Virus record (IMG/VR): IMGVR_UViG_3300008262_000017
Coordinates: 1-64,000 of that record
Reading direction: 5' to 3' (one strand)
Length of the DNA: 64,000 bases
Source of the DNA: a virus
In this document: positions 17,876 to 27,986 of the stretch, one piece after another
Layout: every line of letters begins with the position of its first letter
Numbering within the stretch: position 1 is the stretch's first letter
Position numbers and translations under genes: made by a program
The notes under the pieces: model-generated
What the model saw: the letters and a program-made list of their open reading frames with translations, nothing else
Databases searched by the model: none
Told to the model about the DNA's origin: nothing

Positions 17876-19047
17876 TTATTAGATAACCTTGTATTTCCGT
17901 AATGAATAACATTCACACCTAGTATAGGTGCAAGTTTTCTGCATGTATCTATAACAACTGATCCTTTTGGCCAAATGATTTGTTCTACCCAATCTTCCCA
18001 ATAAGAAATTAGATAGACTTCAGCTTTAGGAAAAAAATTGTCCCCAGTGTTTAAATCGTAGTAATTTAAAAATCCGCCGTGTTTAGAAATGTAATGTCCA
18101 ACTAACATACTAGGAGATCCTACAGTTACATTTACTTTAGGTTTGTAACTTTTACCTACAATACAAACTGTATTGCCAAAATCTAAACATCGTTGCGCCA
18201 TTCTTTCAGCTTGAACTTCTCTGGATACAGAAATTGCTTCAAACAAATCATAACCCAAATCAAGTTTTTTAGACAAATATCGTTGTGCTATATTATCTCG
18301 AGGTTGGCAAGCGCCGCCTGCACCCATACCTGCTTTCATGTAACTAGCACTAGTAATCATCTTTGTAGATTTCATTAATGCATTTCCTACTACATCTACG
18401 TCAATGTTTCCATTAGATTCAGCTACATCTTGTATCATATTGATAAAGCTTAATTTCATACTGATAAATGTATTATAAAACATTTTAATACTTTCAGCTT
18501 CATCCCAAGTTCCTACTTCGTAACGAGGATTGTTTTCCATTAACGTCTTATAAAAATCAACTAGTACTTCAGGAGTAGATCCATCTTCTGTACCAATGAT
18601 AATCATTTCTGGATTTGCCATATCTTGTTTAACCGTGCCCATTGCAATAAGATAAGGGTTGTATACAAAGGTAGCATTTGGAATATATTTTATTAAATGA
18701 TTTCTTACTGTGCCAACTAATACTGTTGAAACTAATACAACTATTTGATTCTTATCGACATATTTGTTAATTTCAATTAAACAATTAATTACTGTATCAT
18801 ATAAAAAATCTCTAGGAGGTAAGTGACTAGAAGGAGTTTCTCCTCCATATTCTTTATCATGAGGAGTTGGTACAGCAATAAAGATTATGTCTTTTCCTTC
18901 TACTGCTTCTTTGATAGAATTTACCATTAAGAAATTTGCAGGGGTTCTCGGAACTACATCGTAGCCAACTACTTTATGTTTTGTAGCCATTACTTCGGCA
19001 CAATTAATACCTAAGTTTCCGCAACCAATCATTGATACATTTTTCAT
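17872..19047 (-). CDS. UDP-glucose/GDP-mannose dehydrogenase family, full length
   Basis: GCGNLG, FIAVPTPH, YNPYLIAMG, K.FYNTFIS.K, GGACQPRDN, and a C-terminal GKSYKP domain. Confidence 0.85.
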   Translation of the reverse strand: MKNVSMIGCGNLGINCAEVMATKHKVVGYDVVPRTPANFLMVNSIKEAVEGKDIIFIAVPTPHDKEYGGETPSSHLPPRDFLYDTVINCLIEINKYVDKNQIVVLVSTVLVGTVRNHLIKYIPNATFVYNPYLIAMGTVKQDMANPEMIIIGTEDGSTPEVLVDFYKTLMENNPRYEVGTWDEAESIKMFYNTFISMKLSFINMIQDVAESNGNIDVDVVGNALMKSTKMITSASYMKAGMGAGGACQPRDNIAQRYLSKKLDLGYDLFEAISVSREVQAERMAQRCLDFGNTVCIVGKSYKPKVNVTVGSPSMLVGHYISKHGGFLNYYDLNTGDNFFPKAEVYLISYWEDWVEQIIWPKGSVVIDTCRKLAPILGVNVIHYGNTRLSNK

Positions 19048-19055
19048 TTTTTATT

Positions 19056-20261
19056 TTAAAAGAAACATAGTTTCTTAAGCCTGTTATAAGATTCTTGAAC
19101 ATAGTTTTTTGATTGAAGTAAATTAAAATTGTGTTCAATTAAATCTTTAGATCTTTTTATATTTTCTATTTTTAGATCCCTACTTAATGACATCCATTTT
19201 GTTAGACTTAAATGAAATTGATAAAATCTAGTTATAGGATCTATTATCTCATCATAACTTTGATCTATTCCATAAAAATTAGTTTTATAACCTAGATCTC
19301 TAAAACATTTTAATATTCCAGGTTGTCCTAGAATCATAAAAGGGTGTCCTGCTGCTATAGGTTTAAAAGCCTTTTCTGTAATAAACATTCCAGAATAAAA
19401 ATATGAAGATTCTGTAATTACACTGAGTAAACTGTTTTTATAGATATTATGATTAAAAATTGCAGTGTCATCACCGTCAGGATTTACGTTAAACCATTTA
19501 CCGTCTACTGTTAATGGTCCTACTTCATCTAGCGTAGTCTTTATATTTTTATATGTAACATTATGAAACATAGGAACAAATTTAAAGTCCTTAGGAAGAT
19601 GGCCACTGACTAATCCTTTTTGATATTCTTTATTTTTAATTAACCGATACAAATGTTCTATTCTATGAGTTCTGTTGGTTCTGTTTAGACTGTTAAAATC
19701 TTTTGATTCTTCATTTTTTATAGCATCTAAACACAAAGGATACTCAGGAAATTTATTATCAAAATAATAAAAACATGTTAAAAAATAACAGTGCCTTATC
19801 ATCGGAGATTGATTATTTTCACAGCACCATTTATGATAATCTTGTTCAAAAAATAAATTCGCATCACCTACAATAACACTAAATTTAGGAAGACCTAATT
19901 TTTGCATTACTTTATGTATTCTGTCATATCCATCACATTTATCATATACCATCGGCCAACCTTCTCCTTGACCATTTAAGAATATTTTTAATTTTCCCTG
20001 TTTAGCTAGGTATAATGCATCTTTAGATATAAAATCTAACACATGTTTATCTGTATCGTTAATTTTTGACCATGCTCTAGAAACTCCAACACTTATGTTG
20101 TAAATTCCTTTTTCTTCAAAGTCAGATAATAATTTAGGTACAAATCCTGATTCTATCAATTGATGTTTAATAATGTTAATGTCATCAGCTACTGCATAAG
20201 GAAAATTAATTTCATTATACAAATTATTAACGGTTAAATCATCGAAGTAAGCAGGTATCAT
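19056..20261 (-). CDS. Putative glycosyltransferase, TEK..KPI family, paralog 1
   Basis: SVITES...FITEKAFKPI..GHPF...G....L...GYKT...IDQSYD; resembles a GT10/GT47-like C-terminal lobe (inference). Confidence 0.5.
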   Translation of the reverse strand: MIPAYFDDLTVNNLYNEINFPYAVADDINIIKHQLIESGFVPKLLSDFEEKGIYNISVGVSRAWSKINDTDKHVLDFISKDALYLAKQGKLKIFLNGQGEGWPMVYDKCDGYDRIHKVMQKLGLPKFSVIVGDANLFFEQDYHKWCCENNQSPMIRHCYFLTCFYYFDNKFPEYPLCLDAIKNEESKDFNSLNRTNRTHRIEHLYRLIKNKEYQKGLVSGHLPKDFKFVPMFHNVTYKNIKTTLDEVGPLTVDGKWFNVNPDGDDTAIFNHNIYKNSLLSVITESSYFYSGMFITEKAFKPIAAGHPFMILGQPGILKCFRDLGYKTNFYGIDQSYDEIIDPITRFYQFHLSLTKWMSLSRDLKIENIKRSKDLIEHNFNLLQSKNYVQESYNRLKKLCFF

Positions 20262-21769
20262 AATTTTTTACAATTTTGATAAAAGGCTGCTAACTCAGGA
20301 AATGTTGTTGACAAGTTTAAGTTTTTTCTAACATCATATTGATCAAAATAACTGGCAAAGTTTTTTCTATCTAATGCTAGCTTGTTAAAATCTAATGAAG
20401 TTCTTTCTCTCATTATTGCAAGATTTCTTTCAAGTTTAGCTATTTCAAAATCATAAAATCCATCAAAGTTATCAACATTGCTGTTGGCTTTCATAAACTC
20501 TATTGCTTCTTCTAAATAGATATCAAACTCATAAGGTAGTAGTTGTACGCTCTGCCATTCTGGACTTCTTAATAAAGGAACATCGAACCAAATACGTTGA
20601 CGAGGATGAATTTCATAGTCAGGATGTTTTGTCCAAGGATCAACAATAGGAATATATTTTATGCCTTGTTTTTCTTTTGAAAATTCTTTTCTAAGCTCAA
20701 GAACATACTCTAAATAATTTTTAATCTTAGGGACACTTAAAATATTAAAAGTGTTAATAAATGTAACTGTAGTATTAGAAGTTTCTGTTAAGAACCTTGA
20801 TACATTGTCTTTCATTGTTTGAAAGTTTAAACCTGAACGAATATATTCAGCTTGTTCGTCAACGCTATCTACGCTGACAAATAAGGCAAAGTTTTTAACT
20901 GCCATATTCACATACCAGTTATTGCCTGAGCCGGGATTAAATCTTTCTTTTTCTTCCCATATTTGTATTTTTTCAAGCTTCTTTACTTTTTCAACAAACT
21001 TATCCATTAGTTCTTGCTTAGGAGGACACATGTTTGTTGTTACACTTACTTCTAACCAAGCATTGGGGTTTTCATAAATGTAATCAAGAACTTTAAATGT
21101 GTTAGCATCCATTAGAGGTTCTCCGCCAGTCATACGGAACACTTCTAATTTCTTATACAACTGAGGCCACCACTTCCAAAAAGCTTCAACATAGGGATTG
21201 TCTCCTTGTTTTACTTTCAATGGCATGTTGAGATACTCTAGTGCATTGTGCTTGCTAGCATTGCCGTTGGAGTCTAAAACATTGTAAGGTCCATGTTGTT
21301 CAACTTCGTCTTCCCAACTAGTGCTAAGGTGAGGACTGCAATACATACATTTAAAGTTACATGCTTGATTAAAGTTAACTTCTAAATAACGAGGATCTAC
21401 ATTGCCTGTGTCTAATGCTTCAATAATATCTTTACGTGCGTTTTGAGCCCAGTATTCACCGCTTCGGTATATACGATCACTACGTGCTCCAGCATCTTCA
21501 ATTCTCCAACAGTAGCTGCATCCATCAGGTCGTTCGCCCTTAAGCATTAACTTGCGTTCTAATTTTTTATGATCTGTGTTATGTAGAGCAGCTGGATTTT
21601 TTTTAATATCGTCTATACTGATTTTATGCAACGGAGGATGATAGCAACTGTGAGTCATTCCATTGGTCAGATGCATACTTGCCTGCGTCCATTTTGCATA
21701 GCACATTGATTTGCTAATAAGGTTTAGCTGTTTTTCTGCTGTGTCAGCAGCTTGATTGTAATTACTCAT
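20258..21769 (-). CDS. Radical SAM protein with N-terminal Twitch-like Cys cluster, paralog 1
   Basis: CYAKW...HSCYHP...CSYCW followed by CNFKCMYC and TGGEPL. Confidence 0.85.
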   Translation of the reverse strand: MSNYNQAADTAEKQLNLISKSMCYAKWTQASMHLTNGMTHSCYHPPLHKISIDDIKKNPAALHNTDHKKLERKLMLKGERPDGCSYCWRIEDAGARSDRIYRSGEYWAQNARKDIIEALDTGNVDPRYLEVNFNQACNFKCMYCSPHLSTSWEDEVEQHGPYNVLDSNGNASKHNALEYLNMPLKVKQGDNPYVEAFWKWWPQLYKKLEVFRMTGGEPLMDANTFKVLDYIYENPNAWLEVSVTTNMCPPKQELMDKFVEKVKKLEKIQIWEEKERFNPGSGNNWYVNMAVKNFALFVSVDSVDEQAEYIRSGLNFQTMKDNVSRFLTETSNTTVTFINTFNILSVPKIKNYLEYVLELRKEFSKEKQGIKYIPIVDPWTKHPDYEIHPRQRIWFDVPLLRSPEWQSVQLLPYEFDIYLEEAIEFMKANSNVDNFDGFYDFEIAKLERNLAIMRERTSLDFNKLALDRKNFASYFDQYDVRKNLNLSTTFPELAAFYQNCKKL

Positions 21770-22680
21770 AATAGTTTGTAAATTTCTTTTGCGGCTTGTT
21801 CGTGTATTTCTGTGCCGGGATGAACTAAATCTCTTGCATTTATGTTAGCTGTAACATATATGTCTGCTCTATTAATGTGTGCCATATAATCAAAGTAACT
21901 TAAAGTTACATATTTGATTCCTCTACACATGGCTTTTACAGCTTTTGATATATAATAATTTTCACCTACTTCGTGATATCTGTTTATATATCTGCTTTCC
22001 CAAGTTTGAGATAAATTAAGTCCGTCTAAATATTCTTCTGCTACACCAGTTACTGTTTTAGAATTCCAAGGACCTATATCAAAATATCTATTTTTAAAAA
22101 AATGTCTATATCTATCACCGGTTGTCCAGTTTACAACAACAGCATAAGGGGTTGGAAATTTTTCCAAGGTTAGCGCACATAAATGTGAAATTAAACTATT
22201 TGAACCTCCAGATGTTCCAAGATTTACTACTTGTCTTCCTGTTGATTTTTCTATATAATATGCTAAAGTTTCATCTTCTGCTACTCCAACACCGTAGGTA
22301 TTAGAACATCCTAAAAGTAATATTGCATTAGGCCAATCTATATCATCCCATTCGTATGTTCTATAGCCACTAGAATTAACTTTATATTCCACTTGCTTAG
22401 TTAGATACTTCCAATCAGGCCCCATTTTAATTTTGTTACGCTCAAATTCTTTAGGACCGTCTGAACTGGACCAAATATTTAAAATATTTCCGCTATTGTC
22501 TCTATGTGTTAGACTGTTACAGAAAAATAAAGGATGTTCTTTATTATCTACATATCCAGGAAAATATGCAGGGTATTCAATTCCTTCCATATTTCGATGA
22601 ACTACTTCCATATGGAATTTTTCATCTTCTAGAAAGTGACGTTCACCGTCCCAGAAAACTTTTTCTTCGTATTTTTTCAT
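21766..22680 (-). CDS. SGNH/GDSL-like esterase or acyltransferase, paralog 1
   Basis: GCSNTYG (block I), VVNLGTSGGSN (block II), DLVHPG (block V). Confidence 0.65.
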   Translation of the reverse strand: MKKYEEKVFWDGERHFLEDEKFHMEVVHRNMEGIEYPAYFPGYVDNKEHPLFFCNSLTHRDNSGNILNIWSSSDGPKEFERNKIKMGPDWKYLTKQVEYKVNSSGYRTYEWDDIDWPNAILLLGCSNTYGVGVAEDETLAYYIEKSTGRQVVNLGTSGGSNSLISHLCALTLEKFPTPYAVVVNWTTGDRYRHFFKNRYFDIGPWNSKTVTGVAEEYLDGLNLSQTWESRYINRYHEVGENYYISKAVKAMCRGIKYVTLSYFDYMAHINRADIYVTANINARDLVHPGTEIHEQAAKEIYKLL

Positions 22681-23705
22681 AGAGTTTTAATGTGATTATA
22701 CAGTAGTTTAGCATAAAGGTCATGTGCTTTGACGCCCGGATGAGCACAGGGAGTCATCCAACCATTAGGAGTTCTATTTCCTAAAAACTGAAAAAAGAAA
22801 TCGTTAGTGCTTTCTAAACTAGGCTCTTTACTCATTGCTAAATCAGCCAACGTTTGAAATCCTTCTGGTTTAAACATTTTTTCCCAAGGCCATAAATTTG
22901 CAAGACGCTTATGCTCTTTGCTGTTATCATAGGTAAAAAAGCCAGGAGGTGCAATTGTCTTTACATTGCCGTCCATATCTCTTTCAATTGAAACAGATAG
23001 TTCATGTTCAAAATATTCTCTATCATATCTTCTATCAAACCCTGGAGTAACAATAAGTTTTGCATTTCGAAGTTTGCACCAAGTCATTAACTCTTGGACA
23101 TGTGCTAGTTGTTCAATCACTCCAAATTTTTCAGTATAAAGAGATTTATTATAACCTGTCCACAGATGCTCTCTGCCGTTGCTGGGATTTTCAGTGATGT
23201 TAGGCCACATTGCTTTCCAATGAAAATGTTCAGGCCATAGATCATTAACAAAGTCAAACCGTTCTATACCACTTGGCATATATACCACTACTAACTCTTT
23301 AATGTCATCCCAGTTTATTTCAGGTCTAAAATAAAGTTCTTTAATTGATGCTCTGTTTCCGCAACCTCTAATCCCCAAGTTGATAGGTGCGTATTCACCA
23401 TCAAAGTATTTTTCGCACAATACATTAACAAATGCATTTTTATATTCCATTAATGTAAAATCAAGAACATGATCCGGATCAGGTCTAATAATTCCGGGAT
23501 GTTTTTTTAGAATTTCAAATTTTTGTGCATTTGTTATATCAATTCTAATAGGATATCCCATTCCTTGATATTTCCAAGTATAGTTATCATACAAGTCATC
23601 ATCTATGGCGCCTTGTCCTTGAACAAAAGAACAACCTATTGATACTACTGCTTTTCCTGTTCTTTTAATAGTTTTATTAATTAAAGGTATCTGGCTGTGT
23701 AACAT
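22677..23705 (-). CDS. SGNH/GDSL-like protein, paralog 2
   Basis: GCSFVQG, INLGIRGCGN, CAHPG. Confidence 0.6.
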   Translation of the reverse strand: MLHSQIPLINKTIKRTGKAVVSIGCSFVQGQGAIDDDLYDNYTWKYQGMGYPIRIDITNAQKFEILKKHPGIIRPDPDHVLDFTLMEYKNAFVNVLCEKYFDGEYAPINLGIRGCGNRASIKELYFRPEINWDDIKELVVVYMPSGIERFDFVNDLWPEHFHWKAMWPNITENPSNGREHLWTGYNKSLYTEKFGVIEQLAHVQELMTWCKLRNAKLIVTPGFDRRYDREYFEHELSVSIERDMDGNVKTIAPPGFFTYDNSKEHKRLANLWPWEKMFKPEGFQTLADLAMSKEPSLESTNDFFFQFLGNRTPNGWMTPCAHPGVKAHDLYAKLLYNHIKTL

Positions 23706-25069
23706 TATTTCTCCAAGTGTGCCTTTATTGTTTCGATCATATCTTTTACATAATTAGACGTTCTAGTTTTTAAAGTATCAAAGTTATGTTTAATAATAGG
23801 TTCTAAGTTTTTAAACCATTCTAATCTTTCTTGATCGGACATGGCATTAAGTCTTACTAGTTCTTTAGTAATAGCTTGCATTCTTTCCCAAGTAGGTAAC
23901 TCGTCGTAGCTTTCATCAATATAAGGATGGAATGTTTTGTATCCCATTTCTTTTAAGTTTTTAAGAATATTCTTACTACCTAAAATAATAAATGGTTGTT
24001 GACATGCTATAGGTTTAAAAGTTTTTTCGCTGATAAAACATGCACCTTCGCTGTCTCCGTAGCTAGCTTCGCTAACTACAGTACACCAACTGTCTAAAAT
24101 AGTTAAGTCATTTAACGACAATACATAGTTGGCGCCGTCACCTGAATAGAAATTATCAGGAGTATATGCAGGAGGATTCTCTATTGGTATCATTGGTAGT
24201 ATAGCGTCTAACTTATCAAAGTCAGCAGTATCCATTTTTCTACCTTCAAAATAAGTGCTTTCTACATCAAACTTATTCATTGTTACAATATTTCCTTTAA
24301 TTAAACCTGCATCGTAGATATGTTTAAAGAACCACTGTCTATATGCTCTAGGTCTTTTTTGCAAAATATTAAACATTGCAATCTTTGATAAGTCTGCTGT
24401 TTTATGTTCTATATGCGTTTCAAAGGTAGGAAGTTTTCTTCTTTCTGAAACTCCTGGAGGTAAATGTCCTGTATCATAACTATTAGATATTTCATTTACT
24501 ACGTGTTCAAAATGAGCAAGCGGGATTGTTAAGATCCTAGGAACTAGTTTACATTCGTCTGCCCATTTATTGTACTGTTTACTACAATCCATGTTACCGG
24601 TAATATAAATTATCTTACCAGGGTGTATGCCATATTCATTACAGTTATTATGAAACCATTGCCACATCCAATCTGATTGGTATCCTTCATGTGTTTGATC
24701 TATTAACAAATAGGCCTTGCCATTTCTCAAGTCTTCCAAGTACTGTTCATTTATAAAAGCAAACAATGATTTTCTATTAGGAAAATCTTCGTTGTATCCG
24801 TTTTTATAAGTGTCAGGACCACACCAGTCATAAGGACTATGTGCAACACCTACAGGAATAATATATGTCTCATCAACAGGAGGAGTCAATACTACTTTAA
24901 CTGCTGTTGCATATTCTCTATGTAATTGTGCTTCAGTTCTTAAAATTCTTAAAAGTGTCGATGTTACAGGACTTACTGTGATTCTACCTATACTGGATTT
25001 GTTAACATCTTCACAATTGGTAAGATTTAAAGGAAGCTCATCTACTATTTTTTCAAATACAAAATACAT
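23705..25069 (-). CDS. Putative glycosyltransferase, TEK..KPI family, paralog 2
   Basis: VVSEA...FISEKTFKPIACQQPFI..G....L..MGYKTFHPYIDESYD; start 25069 abuts the upstream stop. Confidence 0.5.
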   Translation of the reverse strand: MYFVFEKIVDELPLNLTNCEDVNKSSIGRITVSPVTSTLLRILRTEAQLHREYATAVKVVLTPPVDETYIIPVGVAHSPYDWCGPDTYKNGYNEDFPNRKSLFAFINEQYLEDLRNGKAYLLIDQTHEGYQSDWMWQWFHNNCNEYGIHPGKIIYITGNMDCSKQYNKWADECKLVPRILTIPLAHFEHVVNEISNSYDTGHLPPGVSERRKLPTFETHIEHKTADLSKIAMFNILQKRPRAYRQWFFKHIYDAGLIKGNIVTMNKFDVESTYFEGRKMDTADFDKLDAILPMIPIENPPAYTPDNFYSGDGANYVLSLNDLTILDSWCTVVSEASYGDSEGACFISEKTFKPIACQQPFIILGSKNILKNLKEMGYKTFHPYIDESYDELPTWERMQAITKELVRLNAMSDQERLEWFKNLEPIIKHNFDTLKTRTSNYVKDMIETIKAHLEK

Positions 25070-26076
25070 TACATCAATCTTTCTGACCAAGTTTTAGGAG
25101 TATATTGATTAATAATTTCTAAAGGATATGTATAATCAAACGGCTTAGAGCCTCTACTTTTTATATATTCAATAGTACTACGAACACCTTCTACTAACGA
25201 CGTAGAAGTGTTGTATCCTAAAAATTCCCTAGCCTTGTTAGCATCGCAAGTTGCATACTTAATTTCTTTAGGACGATCAGGCATAAAAATAGGATCTCCT
25301 TTGAAATTTAATTCTGACATAATCAACTCAGCGAGACGTTTAATAGTAACAAATTCTTCATCTGGGCCAATATTAAATGTGTCATTTTTAATGTTAGGGT
25401 CAAGTGCTAATTTTTCTAAACAATAGATACAGTCATCAATAAAACTAAAACAACGCATTTGACTTCCATCGCCGTATATTATTGGAGGTTTATCTTGCAG
25501 TACACGGTTAATCATAATACTCATTACATTACGGAACGGGTCGTCATAACGCTGTCTAGGCCCAACAATGTTGTGAGGTATAGCAACAATCCATTCCATA
25601 CCGTTCATAGGAGCAAGTGCTTTAAGAACGTCTTCACCTGCTACTTTGGCAATACCATAAGGATCAACTGGATCAGGACGCTGTGTTTCTTTAAATGGAT
25701 ATTCTTGATTACCATAACGTGCCATGCTTGAACAGTAGACAAATCGTTTTACTTTGTTTTGTATTGCTGCACTAATAGTCGACACACTTGCTTGAAAGAT
25801 ATTGTTAGTAATAAAGTAAGGACTGAATACACTTAGTCCTTCGTGAGGAGTTGCAGCAGTATGAAATACAATGTCACACCCTTTAGAAACTTCAACCATG
25901 AAATCTAGATGGCAACAGTCGCCGCGTTTAAAATCTACGCCAGCAGGAATGTTGTCTACATATCCTCCTGTTAGATTGTCACATCCTACAACTTCGTGTC
26001 CTAACGCCAACATTCTATCAGCTAGATGACTTCCTAGAAATCCTGCTACTCCTGTAATTAAAATACGTTTTTTCAT
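25069..26076 (-). CDS. NAD-dependent nucleotide-sugar epimerase/dehydratase (extended SDR)
   Basis: GVAGFLG, SSMARYG, YGIAK, HNIVGP, GDGSQ.R.F. Confidence 0.92.
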   Translation of the reverse strand: MKKRILITGVAGFLGSHLADRMLALGHEVVGCDNLTGGYVDNIPAGVDFKRGDCCHLDFMVEVSKGCDIVFHTAATPHEGLSVFSPYFITNNIFQASVSTISAAIQNKVKRFVYCSSMARYGNQEYPFKETQRPDPVDPYGIAKVAGEDVLKALAPMNGMEWIVAIPHNIVGPRQRYDDPFRNVMSIMINRVLQDKPPIIYGDGSQMRCFSFIDDCIYCLEKLALDPNIKNDTFNIGPDEEFVTIKRLAELIMSELNFKGDPIFMPDRPKEIKYATCDANKAREFLGYNTSTSLVEGVRSTIEYIKSRGSKPFDYTYPLEIINQYTPKTWSERLM

Positions 26077-27257
26077 AATTCTCCGCCTGTGCCTGGTACT
26101 GGCAAATTCTTTTCTAAATATGGTTCAACCCATGCAAATTCTTTTTGTAAAGAAACGGCTTCTCTAAGTTTGTTCATAATTTGAAAATTATGTTTTGCAA
26201 TCTCATTGCATTTGTTCATAACTTCTAAAAATTCTTCTTGTGGCATTTTACATAGTCTTTCAACTTCTGCAACAATAGCATTTAATCTTTTAACATCATC
26301 TCTAATATTGTCATAACTTTCGTCAATATAAGGATGAAAAGTTTTATAACCTAAATTTTTAAATTCTTTTAAAAACCAAGGCGTTGAAAAAACGATAAAA
26401 GGTCGTTGACATGCTATCGGTTTATACATTTTTTCAGTAGGAAAACTTGGACTAAAACTCTGAGGATGCATGGCTCTATGTCCTCCAAAGTTCCAGAACG
26501 GATCAAAGTGAGATTCCACTACAATATTAATTCCTGATGTTTGAATTAAATTAAATGCATCAGCTGCAAGTTTTTCTTGAATATGATCTTTAGGCAGCGT
26601 GTAAGGCATGCCGTCTACCCATTTTTCTAACTCAGGAGTTAAGGGAATTTCTAATGTTGCTAAATCTGCTTTTACATTTTCAATTGGATACACTGTAAGT
26701 TTACCATAAGGGTTTATATTATTAAAAGTATAATTAAAATGCTTTGTTAATAATTTTTTATTAAAAATCTCAGCATATAAATGTAGTCTCCATTTGTTAT
26801 AGTTTCTGCTTAACATACTAAATCTTTTTGCTAATGGTTTAATTTTTTGAGGCTTAACCCTATCCATTAGTAAATTAAAATCTTGTATATTAACTCCCTT
26901 ATATCCTTTTTCAGCAAATTGTGCAATAGTCCAACTGAGCCAATTTTTATCAAGACACATTAGATATACCTGGTTAGGTGCAATGTTCCATTTTTTCAAA
27001 GTTGCTATCCAGTCTTCCATGTCTAGCCAGTTATAATATTCGTCACCGTAAAACATGAATATTTTTGAAGTTGGGTCTCGTTGTAAATGTTCCCAATGGG
27101 GCTTATCTATAAATCGATTGAACGGAGTTCCTTTTATAACCATATCGTGTTGGTCATACCAATAGATAGAGTTTTCTTGAAATTTAGCTGCTTTTAAAGG
27201 TCTAAATAACTTTGGATCAAAATATCCATGATGAGAGTTAGTCTTTGTGTATATCAT
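26073..27257 (-). CDS. Putative glycosyltransferase, TEK..KPI family, paralog 3
   Basis: IVVES...FPTEKMYKPIACQRPFI...LGYKTFHPYIDESYD. Confidence 0.5.
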   Translation of the reverse strand: MIYTKTNSHHGYFDPKLFRPLKAAKFQENSIYWYDQHDMVIKGTPFNRFIDKPHWEHLQRDPTSKIFMFYGDEYYNWLDMEDWIATLKKWNIAPNQVYLMCLDKNWLSWTIAQFAEKGYKGVNIQDFNLLMDRVKPQKIKPLAKRFSMLSRNYNKWRLHLYAEIFNKKLLTKHFNYTFNNINPYGKLTVYPIENVKADLATLEIPLTPELEKWVDGMPYTLPKDHIQEKLAADAFNLIQTSGINIVVESHFDPFWNFGGHRAMHPQSFSPSFPTEKMYKPIACQRPFIVFSTPWFLKEFKNLGYKTFHPYIDESYDNIRDDVKRLNAIVAEVERLCKMPQEEFLEVMNKCNEIAKHNFQIMNKLREAVSLQKEFAWVEPYLEKNLPVPGTGGEL

Positions 27258-27985
27258 AATTGGTTTCTGTTATCTGTAGGTAATCCGTTATCATCTATCC
27301 AATATTGGCTTCTATGAGGAGGATCATCTTGTTTGTATGTAGAATTACTTGTGTAGTAAAATAATCTAAAAGTTGTTCTTGGGGTTTCTACTGGGCACGC
27401 CAATGGCTTAAGATGTCCGTGCCATCCGTACTTATGATAGTTCCATATTAAACATCTATTAAATAGACAGTCAACATGTGTAACAGGCGCTTGTCTTTTG
27501 TCATCATAAAAATCTAATCCCCCGTTCCATTCAGGGTTCCAATTGGGAGTTAGATATATAATCAAAGAAAGTGCTCTGTGCAGTTTTAAACTGTCATTCC
27601 AGTTGAAATCAGTATGAAGATTAAGTACATCTCCAGGGAATGATTTACTATATCCTGCACCAATTAAATGTGGATCAGGAATAAGATTAGGAATACCGGT
27701 TAGATCAGATAGTTGTTTTAATACTTGAGAGCTATGCAAATAGTTTACAAGATTAAATGCAAGAGGAGCTAAATTAAGTTTGTTTAACTCCATCATGTGA
27801 CTTCCGTTCCTATTAAAAATTCTCCAATGCTCATCAGGAATAGCAAACATTTCATTGTATAATGATAGGGCTACATCTTTAGGTAGAAAATTATCAACTA
27901 CTCCCATCGGCCCTGGTTGTGCCGTTGTGTAATCGCTAGTTGTTTGAAAAACATTTTTTTCAAACATATCTGTTAACTTTTCCAT
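27254..27985 (-). CDS. 2OG-Fe(II) oxygenase (prolyl-hydroxylase-like)
   Basis: LHTDFN (HxD), IIYL.P.W...W.GGL, FNRC, WHG, R...R.FYY. Confidence 0.85.
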   Translation of the reverse strand: MEKLTDMFEKNVFQTTSDYTTAQPGPMGVVDNFLPKDVALSLYNEMFAIPDEHWRIFNRNGSHMMELNKLNLAPLAFNLVNYLHSSQVLKQLSDLTGIPNLIPDPHLIGAGYSKSFPGDVLNLHTDFNWNDSLKLHRALSLIIYLTPNWNPEWNGGLDFYDDKRQAPVTHVDCLFNRCLIWNYHKYGWHGHLKPLACPVETPRTTFRLFYYTSNSTYKQDDPPHRSQYWIDDNGLPTDNRNQL

Positions 27986-27986
27986 A

